This document shows, in pieces, positions 25,642 to 34,771 of a stretch of DNA of 54,007 nt; within the stretch, counting starts at the first letter, position 1, and each line of letters opens with the position of its first letter. The position numbers and the translations under genes are program-made. The notes under the pieces were generated by a model. The model did not search any database. It was given only the letters and a program-made list of their open reading frames with translations, and was not told the origin of the DNA. The DNA comes from a virus (lineage: Duplodnaviria; Caudoviricetes): positions 1 through 54,007 of the IMG/VR virus record IMGVR_UViG_3300046011_010503; one strand, written 5' to 3'.

Positions 25642-26271
25642 TTAATTAAAATGAGTAATTAATAGAGCCAGAACCCCATTTCCACTTCCATTTTCCGTCC
25701 AGTGGCCGCACTCTCTCCAATGCTGTGCCGTGCCTATCCCGGTTGTTTGTGCCAACCTTCCAGCCGTAGTGGATCCCATATAGGCAACACTGCCCTTAGC
25801 AGCCGTAATAGCCAAATCCGGAAGAGCCTGAACTATGCCTGTTGCTGCCATCCATATCTCTGATCCCGCAGATCCATCAGAAAGCGCAATCCCAACTGGC
25901 ATGTCTTGAGTATTTCCACTTATAGGGCAAATGTCAACCTGGCGGGCAGTGCCACCTTGTCCATAGCAAAGCACCGCCCCTTTTGTTGTCGTAGCAGCAC
26001 AGACTACTTTAACGCAAAAACATCGCTCACTGGTTTGTGGATTATTATAAAAACCAACGCTGTTTCCTAAAACAAACATTTGCCCTGTTTTGATTAAATT
26101 TCCACTATCGAGCTTACTGGAAATATCGGTTGTATTGGTATCAATTAAAGTCTGTAGATAATTAATTCTATTGCTCTGCTGCTGGAGCATATAATAAACG
26201 GACTGAATCTGGTCCCCTAATGGGGCAGCGAAGTTAAGTGACGGGATTGAACTAACTGTTTTTATGGGCAT
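25642..26271 (-). CDS. Putative minor virion protein (coiled coil plus decoration/cement-like beta domain)
   Basis: N-terminal heptads; PVGIALSDGSAGSEIWMAATGIV pattern. Confidence 0.55.
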   Translation of the reverse strand: MPIKTVSSIPSLNFAAPLGDQIQSVYYMLQQQSNRINYLQTLIDTNTTDISSKLDSGNLIKTGQMFVLGNSVGFYNNPQTSERCFCVKVVCAATTTKGAVLCYGQGGTARQVDICPISGNTQDMPVGIALSDGSAGSEIWMAATGIVQALPDLAITAAKGSVAYMGSTTAGRLAQTTGIGTAQHWRECGHWTENGSGNGVLALLITHFN

Positions 26272-26274
26272 GGT

Positions 26275-29200
26275 TTAATCCGGAAGCGTATTTTGTCCGT
26301 TGTTATTTACAAAATCTCTATAAAGATATTCTGCTATTGATGGCGCCCCTCCAACTACATTTGCAATATCAGCGCTCTCAATCGCTCTAACATCAAAATA
26401 TGTAGTGTCATAGTTTTGAATATTGCAAAATTGCAGAGTTAAAGTCTCTTGTGAAGCATAGGTGTAGTACAAATTCCACTGACTGTAACCAGATCCAAAC
26501 GTAGAGCCTACTTTGGTTATTGTCTCAGAAGTAAGTAGGCCATAACCAGTATACGAAGTTGCTGGGCGGCGAGTTCCGACTTTCCCCCAGAAAAAAACAG
26601 CCCACGAACTACTTCCACCACTTTGCATCATACTAAGAGTAGCGTCTGATATAAACGCTACAGCGGCATCGTTTTCATCGTTAGGACCTTCAGCCATAAA
26701 TGAGCTTTGAATAGTCGATCCGTCAGCACGATTTCGCCCTCCAGTCCCCCTCGACAACCATACCTTAGCGTTCGCTAAAGCCTCTTGAATTAAATTCTGG
26801 TTTGATTCGTCGTTGTCCGGATCATCCGGTACATCAGACGCCTTAAAGTGCTGCTCTCTACCCAATAGCTTAACCGCTGCCTTGTCGAAGGTAATTTTCG
26901 TGCGTATCCGGCTTGATGGTCCGATTTTCTTATCAAGGCGCCATTCGTGTTTTGGAAGAGAGATTTTATCAACTGTCCAGCTTGAAGTTGTGTTTTTATC
27001 GAGATAGAAATCCATCTTTGCGGTAATGCCGGTCGGGTATCCATTTATGTCGTATCCGGTTTTAGAAATTAATTTTTCAGAATATGGCCCGGTGGTAATG
27101 TGGCATTCCATTAAATCAATGAAGAACGAATCACTGTTGCCTCTGTCGTCTCCGAACTCTGCAGACACCCCATAATCATGCCCTCCGGACCCATCCGTTT
27201 CGCAGCGATCTTTAAATATCAAAGCGTCTCCACCTGCCTCGTTTACCGCACTCTCACACAGAGTAATCATTTGCTGGGTTTTAAAATCGAAAACCACCAG
27301 GCGCCCGGTTCCCTCGTGGTCGAAAACATACATAGAACGGGTTTTTAGCTCAATCATTGGGAAGTAGTCGCCAGACACCTTTCGCCACCCAATGCCCATA
27401 TCTTTTTTCAAAGAAAATATGTAGCAGGTGTTTGCAACATGAGTCCGATGCAGGGATGAAATATTATCATCAAGATCGTATGCCCCAACGAAAACTATCA
27501 GTCCAAAGTTTTTATTGTAGCTGATCGAAACGCTCTTCTCGGACCGTTTCAGTTCGCGAGAAATAGAACCGTATGCAATGTCGTCAGACAGGGTGGTTCC
27601 GCTGATTATTTTTATCGCCGGTTCCGAAGTGATTACCGCATGAGAGCTGTTGTCTATTTTACAAACAGAGTTTTGATTGTAGCACCCAACTGTAGGGTCT
27701 AAGTCCTCAAGATTCGCGACAACCGGGATTGACTCGCCCAAAGACTGATTCCCAGCCTCAGCTAAGTTGCTGGCTGAAAAAGTATATGAGCTGGATTTGC
27801 AGAATACATAAAATCTATTTCCGTCAGAAAATATGGCAGATAACGAGTCTTTTAAATCCATGAACTGAAAGGCCGGGTGATACGTCCCGATAAACTGAGC
27901 GTTCTCAGAATCAACATTCGAATAGTAAACGGTTTTTTCTCCGAACACCCCGCACGCAATAAGCCCAGAAGACGCAGCCCCCACATTACAGTTAGGGATG
28001 GAATCAAATATGGGGCCCCGCAGCATTAAATTTGCAGACGTTCTAGACAAAAGAGTTTCGTCCGTCACAGAATCAGTGTAATAAAATGCCAAATTCAATA
28101 ATCGCGCATTAGCTGTGCTGTACCTCCACAAGGAATTCTCAGCATCCCACCCTAAAGAGTAGTCAGGTATCCAGCTGATCATGTATTGAGTGTCTGGTAA
28201 GTCCGTTTTGACTTTAAGAGAAGTCCCGTTGTCGTTAACTGACACGACTAGCATTTCCAAAACGCCAGAAGTCGCCAGTATTTTTCCTGTCATGTTTTGC
28301 GGAAACGTACTGACTTCGTTGCCTTGACTTCCGCTCTTTTCAAAGAATAGCCGATTGGGCTGTCCCGTTGTTATTCTATAGAGCTGGTTACCGCTTTTTT
28401 GGCACCACATTGTAATCTGTCCTCTAGCAGAATCTGTCGAGGACCCCCAGCCATTTAGACTGGTGTATAGTGGATTTGGACCAAGATAAAAATATTCCGT
28501 TCCGTTTGCAATGGGATTGGATGTATAAAGTGCGCTGGTTGCAGCCAGATACTTTCCGGCATATGTGATAGTAATTATTTGTGTGGCTATATTTCCAGCA
28601 CTGTCATATGTGTACGTTATAGCTATCGCAGTAATTATGGTGAAGAAGTGATAGGGGTCGCCCTGTTCTATAGCTGGATATGGAACGGTAAAATAAAGCC
28701 TGGTTCCAATATCGCAATTTCTTAGAAATGGATTTTTAAACGCCCCAATAGTTACAACTATCGTGTTTCCAGTGACAACTCCGACAAATACCCGCATTAC
28801 CGGAACTTCATCAAGCAATGTGTAAATTTCTGGATTGTTTGCCTTCCCACTCGTGGGGTTTACGCCCTGCGTTCCGCAGTCCTTTGTGGCCCATATACTG
28901 ACTCTGTTGTGCTTATTTTCCCCTCCGTACACAATTGGGCCGACAGAAATAGTGTTAGAGCTCTCTCCAATAGAAACCTTGGCATCAGGGCCTATAGGAG
29001 ACGACTTTGTTGCGTACGAATAATCTTTGTTTGGAAGCCCACTTCTTTCTATAATGCCGCCATTGAGACGGTTGTTGGTCGCATCTAAAGAGGAATCTAT
29101 TGTGAGGGACATCAGATATCGCCTAATGTATACCGGCTTATCTCCATCGGTGAGAGGCCCCTGGTTGGACATGGCTTTATTTATTCTAGAAACTACCGCC

Positions 29201-29991
29201 CCAGATATCATAAAAAATTTTCTGGAATCCCCATAAACGCTCTCGGAGGAGGCCACTTTCAGCCCTTCAGAGGTAAACAGAAACGTCTTATTCCCTACGA
29301 TTTCGTAACCATAGCACGTAATTCCTGGGACCACAGGAATTGACTCTCTGATTTCCGTCCACAACATGCCACTGTAATCGAATTGATAGAAATACCAATC
29401 CCCTTTTTTAGAAAGTCTGAGGGCATAATTGTTGGACGATAATTTAATGGGAAAAACGTTTTCTGTTAATGGACAAATTCTCATATCAGCAGTCGTCGAT
29501 CCACTGTTTCCGCTCATAGGAATTGGGTAACAAAAAACAAAGGCAGTCTTATTAGTTCCGCTATTATACGTTGCGGAGACAATAATGCAGGAGTTGTACA
29601 AATAGCTATCTAACGACGTGTATTCGAACCAAAATACCCCAGCATAATCCCCTCCACCGTAAAGGTGGTAATCCCCCGTGGCATACGCCGTCTTGCGGTC
29701 AGAAGAAAAGTCGGCGAGGGTTACGGTAGAAGCGGCTGGATAAATTTGCCAGTCGCCACTATACTCTGAGGCAAATTTCTTCGTCCCATTCCTCCCAATC
29801 AACACCTTCCCATAATTAATCATATTATCAATAGATTTGAGCCCGTTCTGCGGAACAGGGATAATATCATCACTGACCATTCCTCCCTCAAAGCCTGGGG
29901 CCCCTGGGATATCCCCTTGCTTCTGCGTAAAAAGCCACTGCGACTGCTGCTTTGATCGGGGTTGAAATAACCTACGGTTTCCCATCAGCAT
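26275..29991 (-). CDS. Tail nozzle / tail tubular protein B-like (P22 gp10/T7 gp12 position)
   Basis: 1238 aa, beta-rich; GGM...NMINYG..LIGRNGT N-terminal pattern; follows the adaptor gene. Confidence 0.6.
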   Translation of the reverse strand: MLMGNRRLFQPRSKQQSQWLFTQKQGDIPGAPGFEGGMVSDDIIPVPQNGLKSIDNMINYGKVLIGRNGTKKFASEYSGDWQIYPAASTVTLADFSSDRKTAYATGDYHLYGGGDYAGVFWFEYTSLDSYLYNSCIIVSATYNSGTNKTAFVFCYPIPMSGNSGSTTADMRICPLTENVFPIKLSSNNYALRLSKKGDWYFYQFDYSGMLWTEIRESIPVVPGITCYGYEIVGNKTFLFTSEGLKVASSESVYGDSRKFFMISGAVVSRINKAMSNQGPLTDGDKPVYIRRYLMSLTIDSSLDATNNRLNGGIIERSGLPNKDYSYATKSSPIGPDAKVSIGESSNTISVGPIVYGGENKHNRVSIWATKDCGTQGVNPTSGKANNPEIYTLLDEVPVMRVFVGVVTGNTIVVTIGAFKNPFLRNCDIGTRLYFTVPYPAIEQGDPYHFFTIITAIAITYTYDSAGNIATQIITITYAGKYLAATSALYTSNPIANGTEYFYLGPNPLYTSLNGWGSSTDSARGQITMWCQKSGNQLYRITTGQPNRLFFEKSGSQGNEVSTFPQNMTGKILATSGVLEMLVVSVNDNGTSLKVKTDLPDTQYMISWIPDYSLGWDAENSLWRYSTANARLLNLAFYYTDSVTDETLLSRTSANLMLRGPIFDSIPNCNVGAASSGLIACGVFGEKTVYYSNVDSENAQFIGTYHPAFQFMDLKDSLSAIFSDGNRFYVFCKSSSYTFSASNLAEAGNQSLGESIPVVANLEDLDPTVGCYNQNSVCKIDNSSHAVITSEPAIKIISGTTLSDDIAYGSISRELKRSEKSVSISYNKNFGLIVFVGAYDLDDNISSLHRTHVANTCYIFSLKKDMGIGWRKVSGDYFPMIELKTRSMYVFDHEGTGRLVVFDFKTQQMITLCESAVNEAGGDALIFKDRCETDGSGGHDYGVSAEFGDDRGNSDSFFIDLMECHITTGPYSEKLISKTGYDINGYPTGITAKMDFYLDKNTTSSWTVDKISLPKHEWRLDKKIGPSSRIRTKITFDKAAVKLLGREQHFKASDVPDDPDNDESNQNLIQEALANAKVWLSRGTGGRNRADGSTIQSSFMAEGPNDENDAAVAFISDATLSMMQSGGSSSWAVFFWGKVGTRRPATSYTGYGLLTSETITKVGSTFGSGYSQWNLYYTYASQETLTLQFCNIQNYDTTYFDVRAIESADIANVVGGAPSIAEYLYRDFVNNNGQNTLPD

Positions 29992-30701
29992 GCCCTCAGT
30001 TCGGTTTTAGTCGGAAATATGCTGGACCCAATCATAAGTTCTCTCGCAAACTCAGGTTTCCAATAATCATTGAAGTACTGCAGCTGCTGCCCGATAACAC
30101 CGTTTTCCCGCTTTGCGATTATCCCACACACATAATCCTCAATTGCTTCTTCGTATCGATACGGCACCACAAGAGGAATGCTTTCGCTTAAAAGCCTTGG
30201 AGCATAGGTTGTGAATACAACAAAGTATTTGGTCAACTCAGTTCCAGGGTCTTCTTTAAAAGTTATTGTCGGGTAGTCATTTCCATTTCCGTCAGCAGCA
30301 TCAATTGGAATATCCGCAACCTGGAGACGGGTAGTCTTATTTGTATATGGATTGTAGTAGTTTACAGAATACGGTACGCCAAGATATGCATTTCCGTATC
30401 CGCTCGTGGGGTGAGTCATGTCAATGAAAACACGAAGAATCTTACGGGGATAAACGTCGTACGATGCGTTTTTAATCTCTCCAGAAGAAATATTTTCAGC
30501 ATTGAGCGTATAGCGATACGTTCCAGCCGCTGTTTTTAAGTATGGAGGAAAACCCTGGTTGTCGGTCCCTATGTACCACATTTTTGGGTGAGTGCTATCG
30601 CGCAGCGCATTTTGTCCCTTTTCAATAAGGGATAGAATTTTTAAGCGCGACTGTATCACTCCTAAGCCAACAATATCATCAACCAGGGTTTTTGTGCTCA
30701 T
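29985..30701 (-). CDS. Head-tail adaptor / tail tubular protein A-like
   Basis: 238 aa; AGTYRYTL and PLVVPYRYEEAIEDYV patterns; position after capsid genes. Confidence 0.6.
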   Translation of the reverse strand: MSTKTLVDDIVGLGVIQSRLKILSLIEKGQNALRDSTHPKMWYIGTDNQGFPPYLKTAAGTYRYTLNAENISSGEIKNASYDVYPRKILRVFIDMTHPTSGYGNAYLGVPYSVNYYNPYTNKTTRLQVADIPIDAADGNGNDYPTITFKEDPGTELTKYFVVFTTYAPRLLSESIPLVVPYRYEEAIEDYVCGIIAKRENGVIGQQLQYFNDYWKPEFARELMIGSSIFPTKTELRAC

Positions 30702-30703
30702 AC

Positions 30704-31762
30704 TTAGCTGACCACCACTTCGTCTTCAGGTGTTTTGACTGCTGGGACATCGGTCGCAAATTCCTCAATAACCTTGATGATCTGGTCCCTATCCCAACTC
30801 TTTTCAATCGGAATTTTCTGCTCTTTCGCAATACGTCGCAGCTGACCCAAGCTCATATCTGCAAGAGACTGCTCCACCTCTTTTGTGGGAGTATCCTGGG
30901 TTATGGAGTCCGGAGCTTGAGCGCCTTGCGTCTCTTCTTCCCCAACCGAAATATCATTTGGAACATTGCGCGGGCCGTCTCCTGAGCGTATGGCGTCAAG
31001 AAGAGCGCTGGCTATTGCAGCAATTTCCGACTTACCCATAGTAAGAGCTGCGTCCTGAATGAGGCTTCTGAGGTTTTCGGTTTGTGGGCTTTTTATTTTC
31101 GACGCAATAAGAAGAGAGATTTCCTGCTTAATCTCGTTTTGGAACTTGTTTGATCGGATCCACCCACCTCCGTGGAGCTTATACAAATTTTCAATAAGCT
31201 GGTTGCGGCCTCGATTAATAGCATGCGTCTTATGGGTAATGCCGTTTTTTTCCATCCATATTTCACACGCCTCCCGGGTCTTGGCTGTGTGCGCCACAGT
31301 TCGGCCATCCCACACAATCCAGTCGTAGATATAGTCTCGAACAATTTCAATTTCCGAGAGTATGGTGGCTCCAGAGAGAATGCCGTCTTTTGTATGCGAC
31401 CGCATAATTGTTATCGCCATATCAGGACGCTTTTCATCAATCCTGCCGGCCAGGTGAACACGATTAATCCATGTAGGATCGTCAGGAATAAAACCAGTGC
31501 AAATACCGGTCTTTCGGTTTGCTTCAAACTGTATATAGTTGCTCCCGTTATCGTGCCAGTTAACGGTTGTTTTGTTAATAGACCGCACCCGGTCCCAATA
31601 TGATTTTACATCGACATCAATCATTCCGTAAAATGACGGGCCAATAGTGTGCGTTCGCTGCAGCTGCACCTCGATCATGTTAATACCGACGTCAACAATC
31701 CGCTGAATGCGATCGGGGAGCTCAATAGAGCGGTGGCTGTTGTAATTTGACGCGAGAGACAT
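30704..31762 (-). CDS. Hypothetical protein with C-terminal Rho-N/HeH-like domain
   Basis: LADMSLGQLRRIAKEQKIP...DRDQIIKVI. Confidence 0.65.
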   Translation of the reverse strand: MSLASNYNSHRSIELPDRIQRIVDVGINMIEVQLQRTHTIGPSFYGMIDVDVKSYWDRVRSINKTTVNWHDNGSNYIQFEANRKTGICTGFIPDDPTWINRVHLAGRIDEKRPDMAITIMRSHTKDGILSGATILSEIEIVRDYIYDWIVWDGRTVAHTAKTREACEIWMEKNGITHKTHAINRGRNQLIENLYKLHGGGWIRSNKFQNEIKQEISLLIASKIKSPQTENLRSLIQDAALTMGKSEIAAIASALLDAIRSGDGPRNVPNDISVGEEETQGAQAPDSITQDTPTKEVEQSLADMSLGQLRRIAKEQKIPIEKSWDRDQIIKVIEEFATDVPAVKTPEDEVVVS

Positions 31763-31806
31763 GTTTCTGTCCTTTTGTTGATTGTACTTAGGTTTGTACT
31801 TGAGAT

Positions 31807-31835
31807 AAAAAGTCGGGGCATTTTACCCCGACTTT
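31807..31835 (-). terminator. Intrinsic terminator after the major capsid gene
   Basis: Minus strand AAAGTCGGGG-taaaatg-CCCCGACTTTTT. Confidence 0.85.
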
Positions 31836-31846
31836 CAGTGTTTTAA

Positions 31847-31879
31847 ACAAATAATTTGAGTATTAGTCAAATTATTTGT
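31847..31879. repeat. 13-bp perfect inverted repeat just after the capsid stop codon
   Basis: ACAAATAATTTGA-gtattag-TCAAATTATTTGT. Confidence 0.8.
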
Positions 31880-31884
31880 ATTGT

Positions 31885-33300
31885 TTACACAATTTCTGCA
31901 ATCGATTTGCGGCTAGTGAGAACCAGGCACGATCCCTTATTAATGATAGTGCGAGTACCAACGGCACCATCAGTTGGGCTATCCAGATCGTAGTACACGG
32001 CACGGATACCACTCAGTGACAGCGATGCCTTGCCCTGTATCTGGCCGTATTCGGTCGATTCCTTGGCATAGGAGAGATCACGCACATTCCACTCGGCAAG
32101 TGCGCCGGCGCCCAAAATACGGTTTACATTAAACACGTAGTTTGGTGAACCAGTTGTATTGCTCCATGCTCCACGGTTGCGGTCATCGTTATTTCCAGGC
32201 TGCATAAACCCAGGCTTAAGGGTATGCGTACCGGAGACGGTTACCGTAAGGGTTGGTGAGCGGTTGTCCTGCACAAACCAGAATGCTCCATACCGGCCCA
32301 GAAGCCCAGGAATGGACATCTGCTCTTCTTTGCTCAGGTCGGCACCATTCGCAAAAAAGGAGGCGATAGATCCAGTCTGCGAGGGATCACGCAGGCGGGC
32401 AGCATCTTCATTACTAATCATGAAAATGTAACCGGAGTTTCCACCAATGGTGATCGGATTAAGCTGAAGAACAGTGACAACATAGTTTTCCAACTCAGTA
32501 AGCCAATCCACATTAAGAAGAGCCTTGGAGGTAGTACCGACTCCCGATGCGCTAAGCATTGCGGCACCAATCTGCTCTACAAAGTCGCCAGCAAATGTAC
32601 GTGCAGAATAGAAGCCCTTTGTGTCAGCGGCACCAGCAGTAGTCGTCAGATCAGTTTTATCCCAAACTGGCTGAGTGAGCAAGTTGGGAATAAAAACGTT
32701 GGGGTTAAACTGCTGTTTTTTACCAACAGGATCCTTGGTCAGTTCACTGGAAAAGGTGAGCATTTCAGCTTCACGAATACGCCGGCCGCGAAGCTCCTTG
32801 TGGAAGAGAGCAAACTTTGCATTTTCCATCGCATACTGGTTTGTCCATGCTTGGTCTTCAAAGTTAATGCCAGGGCCCCAGGATTTTACACCTTTCTTGA
32901 TTTCATTGTAGAATAGCTCGGTGTATACCAGGCGGCTCTCTTCTTCATTTCCAAGAACCGGCTCCGCATTACCTTCCTGCGGGGCTTCACTCAAAGGCAG
33001 GGTCATAGGAACAACGATTGAGCGAGAGCTGCGTTCAACGGCACCAATGCTCATAAAAATCTTGTCGTTTGGAACCTGCATTGCAGTTGAGGTGACATCC
33101 ACAGATCCGGCGAGACGATTATAGACATCGTCAAGAACCGAGTCCAGTTTGAGTTTAGAATCCCAAGCCTTGCGCTGCAGGCCAGCGCTTACGCCAAGCC
33201 CGGCCAGAGTACTTGGAGTTCCGGGAACTGCCGAGGCAAACACCCTGTATACGAACAGGGACAACATGGCACTTATGAAAGCAAACTTGTTGCGAAACAT
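31885..33300 (-). CDS. Major capsid protein (N4-gp56/DUF4043-like) with hydrophobic N-terminal extension
   Basis: KAWDSKL and PLSEAPQEG...LGNEE match this family pattern; follows portal and scaffold; followed by a terminator. Confidence 0.8.
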   Translation of the reverse strand: MFRNKFAFISAMLSLFVYRVFASAVPGTPSTLAGLGVSAGLQRKAWDSKLKLDSVLDDVYNRLAGSVDVTSTAMQVPNDKIFMSIGAVERSSRSIVVPMTLPLSEAPQEGNAEPVLGNEEESRLVYTELFYNEIKKGVKSWGPGINFEDQAWTNQYAMENAKFALFHKELRGRRIREAEMLTFSSELTKDPVGKKQQFNPNVFIPNLLTQPVWDKTDLTTTAGAADTKGFYSARTFAGDFVEQIGAAMLSASGVGTTSKALLNVDWLTELENYVVTVLQLNPITIGGNSGYIFMISNEDAARLRDPSQTGSIASFFANGADLSKEEQMSIPGLLGRYGAFWFVQDNRSPTLTVTVSGTHTLKPGFMQPGNNDDRNRGAWSNTTGSPNYVFNVNRILGAGALAEWNVRDLSYAKESTEYGQIQGKASLSLSGIRAVYYDLDSPTDGAVGTRTIINKGSCLVLTSRKSIAEIV

Positions 33301-33334
33301 AGTGTGAATTTCCTTTGATAGATCGATTGATTAC

Positions 33335-34717
33335 TTACCGGGACTTCTGCCTTCGCGCTTCGTAATGTTGCGCTGAGGCGGCGCCCGTTACTTTTTCCAA
33401 AACCTGAATGACCGCATTGAGTTGATCAAGGTTCATTTCTGTTGGATGCATTTCCAAAAGCTGAGACATCTGATCCTCATTGAGATCAACCCCGTTTTGA
33501 ACACCGGACCCACTAACAGGTGGCTCCGCTGCAACAACCCTTGAAGATCCCGCACTGCTTGCATGCGCACCTTTGCGGAGTGCGTCTAGCAGTGCAGCGT
33601 CATTGTTGGGTTGTTTCATGGTTATGCGCTTTGTTGCGAGTATGTGCTGGTATGAGGGTATTTTATCCTCGAGCTTCCATGCATTCATATTAGTAACACC
33701 CGCTTCGCGCATTTCATCCATGATAGATCGTCGATATTGTTCACGCTCTCGGTCCAAACTCATAATCTGCTGGTGGCGTTCGAGATCAACAGGTTTTGCT
33801 ATTTTTGCTTCTGCTACTTTTGCACGCAGCAAATCCCCTTGTGGCCCATTATCTTCAAAAAACGTTTGCAGAGCAATGCCTCTTGCATTTGGGTCGGTCA
33901 CCCCTGCAATTTTGGCAACTGAATCGTAAAACTGGTCGACCTCATTGTCAACAAGCGCCCATGGCTTTGTGAGCTTTAGGGATGGATCCAGTTCCGCAAG
34001 ACTCTCAATCATTTGGTGGCGAATAGTTGTCGCCGCTTTTGAGAGCCGCACTTCTCCCTCTGCTGCTGCAGACTCGGCAACCTGGTCTGCTGCGAGTCGC
34101 TGATGTTCATTCGTTTTTTTAAGTGCCAGTTCGAGTTTTTTGTTTTTCGCCAGAAGGCCGCGAGCTACATCAATGATTTTGCTGGCGTTTTCAGACTCAA
34201 ACAAATTATCCCCTGACAAGCCGCTAAGATCAAAATCAGTGTCACCACCAAGATCAATCTCAGGAGGAGCGACAATCGCCGGGCGAATCGGATCAGTCTT
34301 AAATTGCTCGAGAGCTTTTTTAAGAGACCCAACACCTGAAGATTGTTTTAAAAAGTCAATCGTCCTGTCTTTCTCCGGAACTCCCTTTAACAACTCAATC
34401 ATAGCCTCTTGTGGAGTGCGACCGTTGATGTAGGTTCCCAGCAAATCCTTTTTAACCTTAAACGCTGGAATTTCAATTTCATCATCCGACTTCGGCTCTG
34501 CTGCTGCTGTTCCTTGTGGGGTAGCGGCATTGGGATTTTGTGAATCCCCGGGTTTCTCGATAATCCTGACTTGACCAGATTGCAACTTATCCGCAAAAAG
34601 CGGATCAGTATCAAGGCGCGCGCTTGCCTCGGATTCGGTCATTTCAATCATACCGGGCGTTGCCGGATCGGTTGTCCCATTAATGTTGGGATCTGAGATA
34701 GTAGGGGGCTGGTTCAT
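33335..34717 (-). CDS. Putative capsid scaffolding protein
   Basis: Acidic, helical, between portal and capsid; basic C-terminal YEARRQKSR. Confidence 0.65.
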   Translation of the reverse strand: MNQPPTISDPNINGTTDPATPGMIEMTESEASARLDTDPLFADKLQSGQVRIIEKPGDSQNPNAATPQGTAAAEPKSDDEIEIPAFKVKKDLLGTYINGRTPQEAMIELLKGVPEKDRTIDFLKQSSGVGSLKKALEQFKTDPIRPAIVAPPEIDLGGDTDFDLSGLSGDNLFESENASKIIDVARGLLAKNKKLELALKKTNEHQRLAADQVAESAAAEGEVRLSKAATTIRHQMIESLAELDPSLKLTKPWALVDNEVDQFYDSVAKIAGVTDPNARGIALQTFFEDNGPQGDLLRAKVAEAKIAKPVDLERHQQIMSLDREREQYRRSIMDEMREAGVTNMNAWKLEDKIPSYQHILATKRITMKQPNNDAALLDALRKGAHASSAGSSRVVAAEPPVSGSGVQNGVDLNEDQMSQLLEMHPTEMNLDQLNAVIQVLEKVTGAASAQHYEARRQKSR

Positions 34718-34771
34718 CGTAACTCCTGCCTTGTGGGCATTTTGTTTATTGGAAATTGCGCTTGTGGCGCG

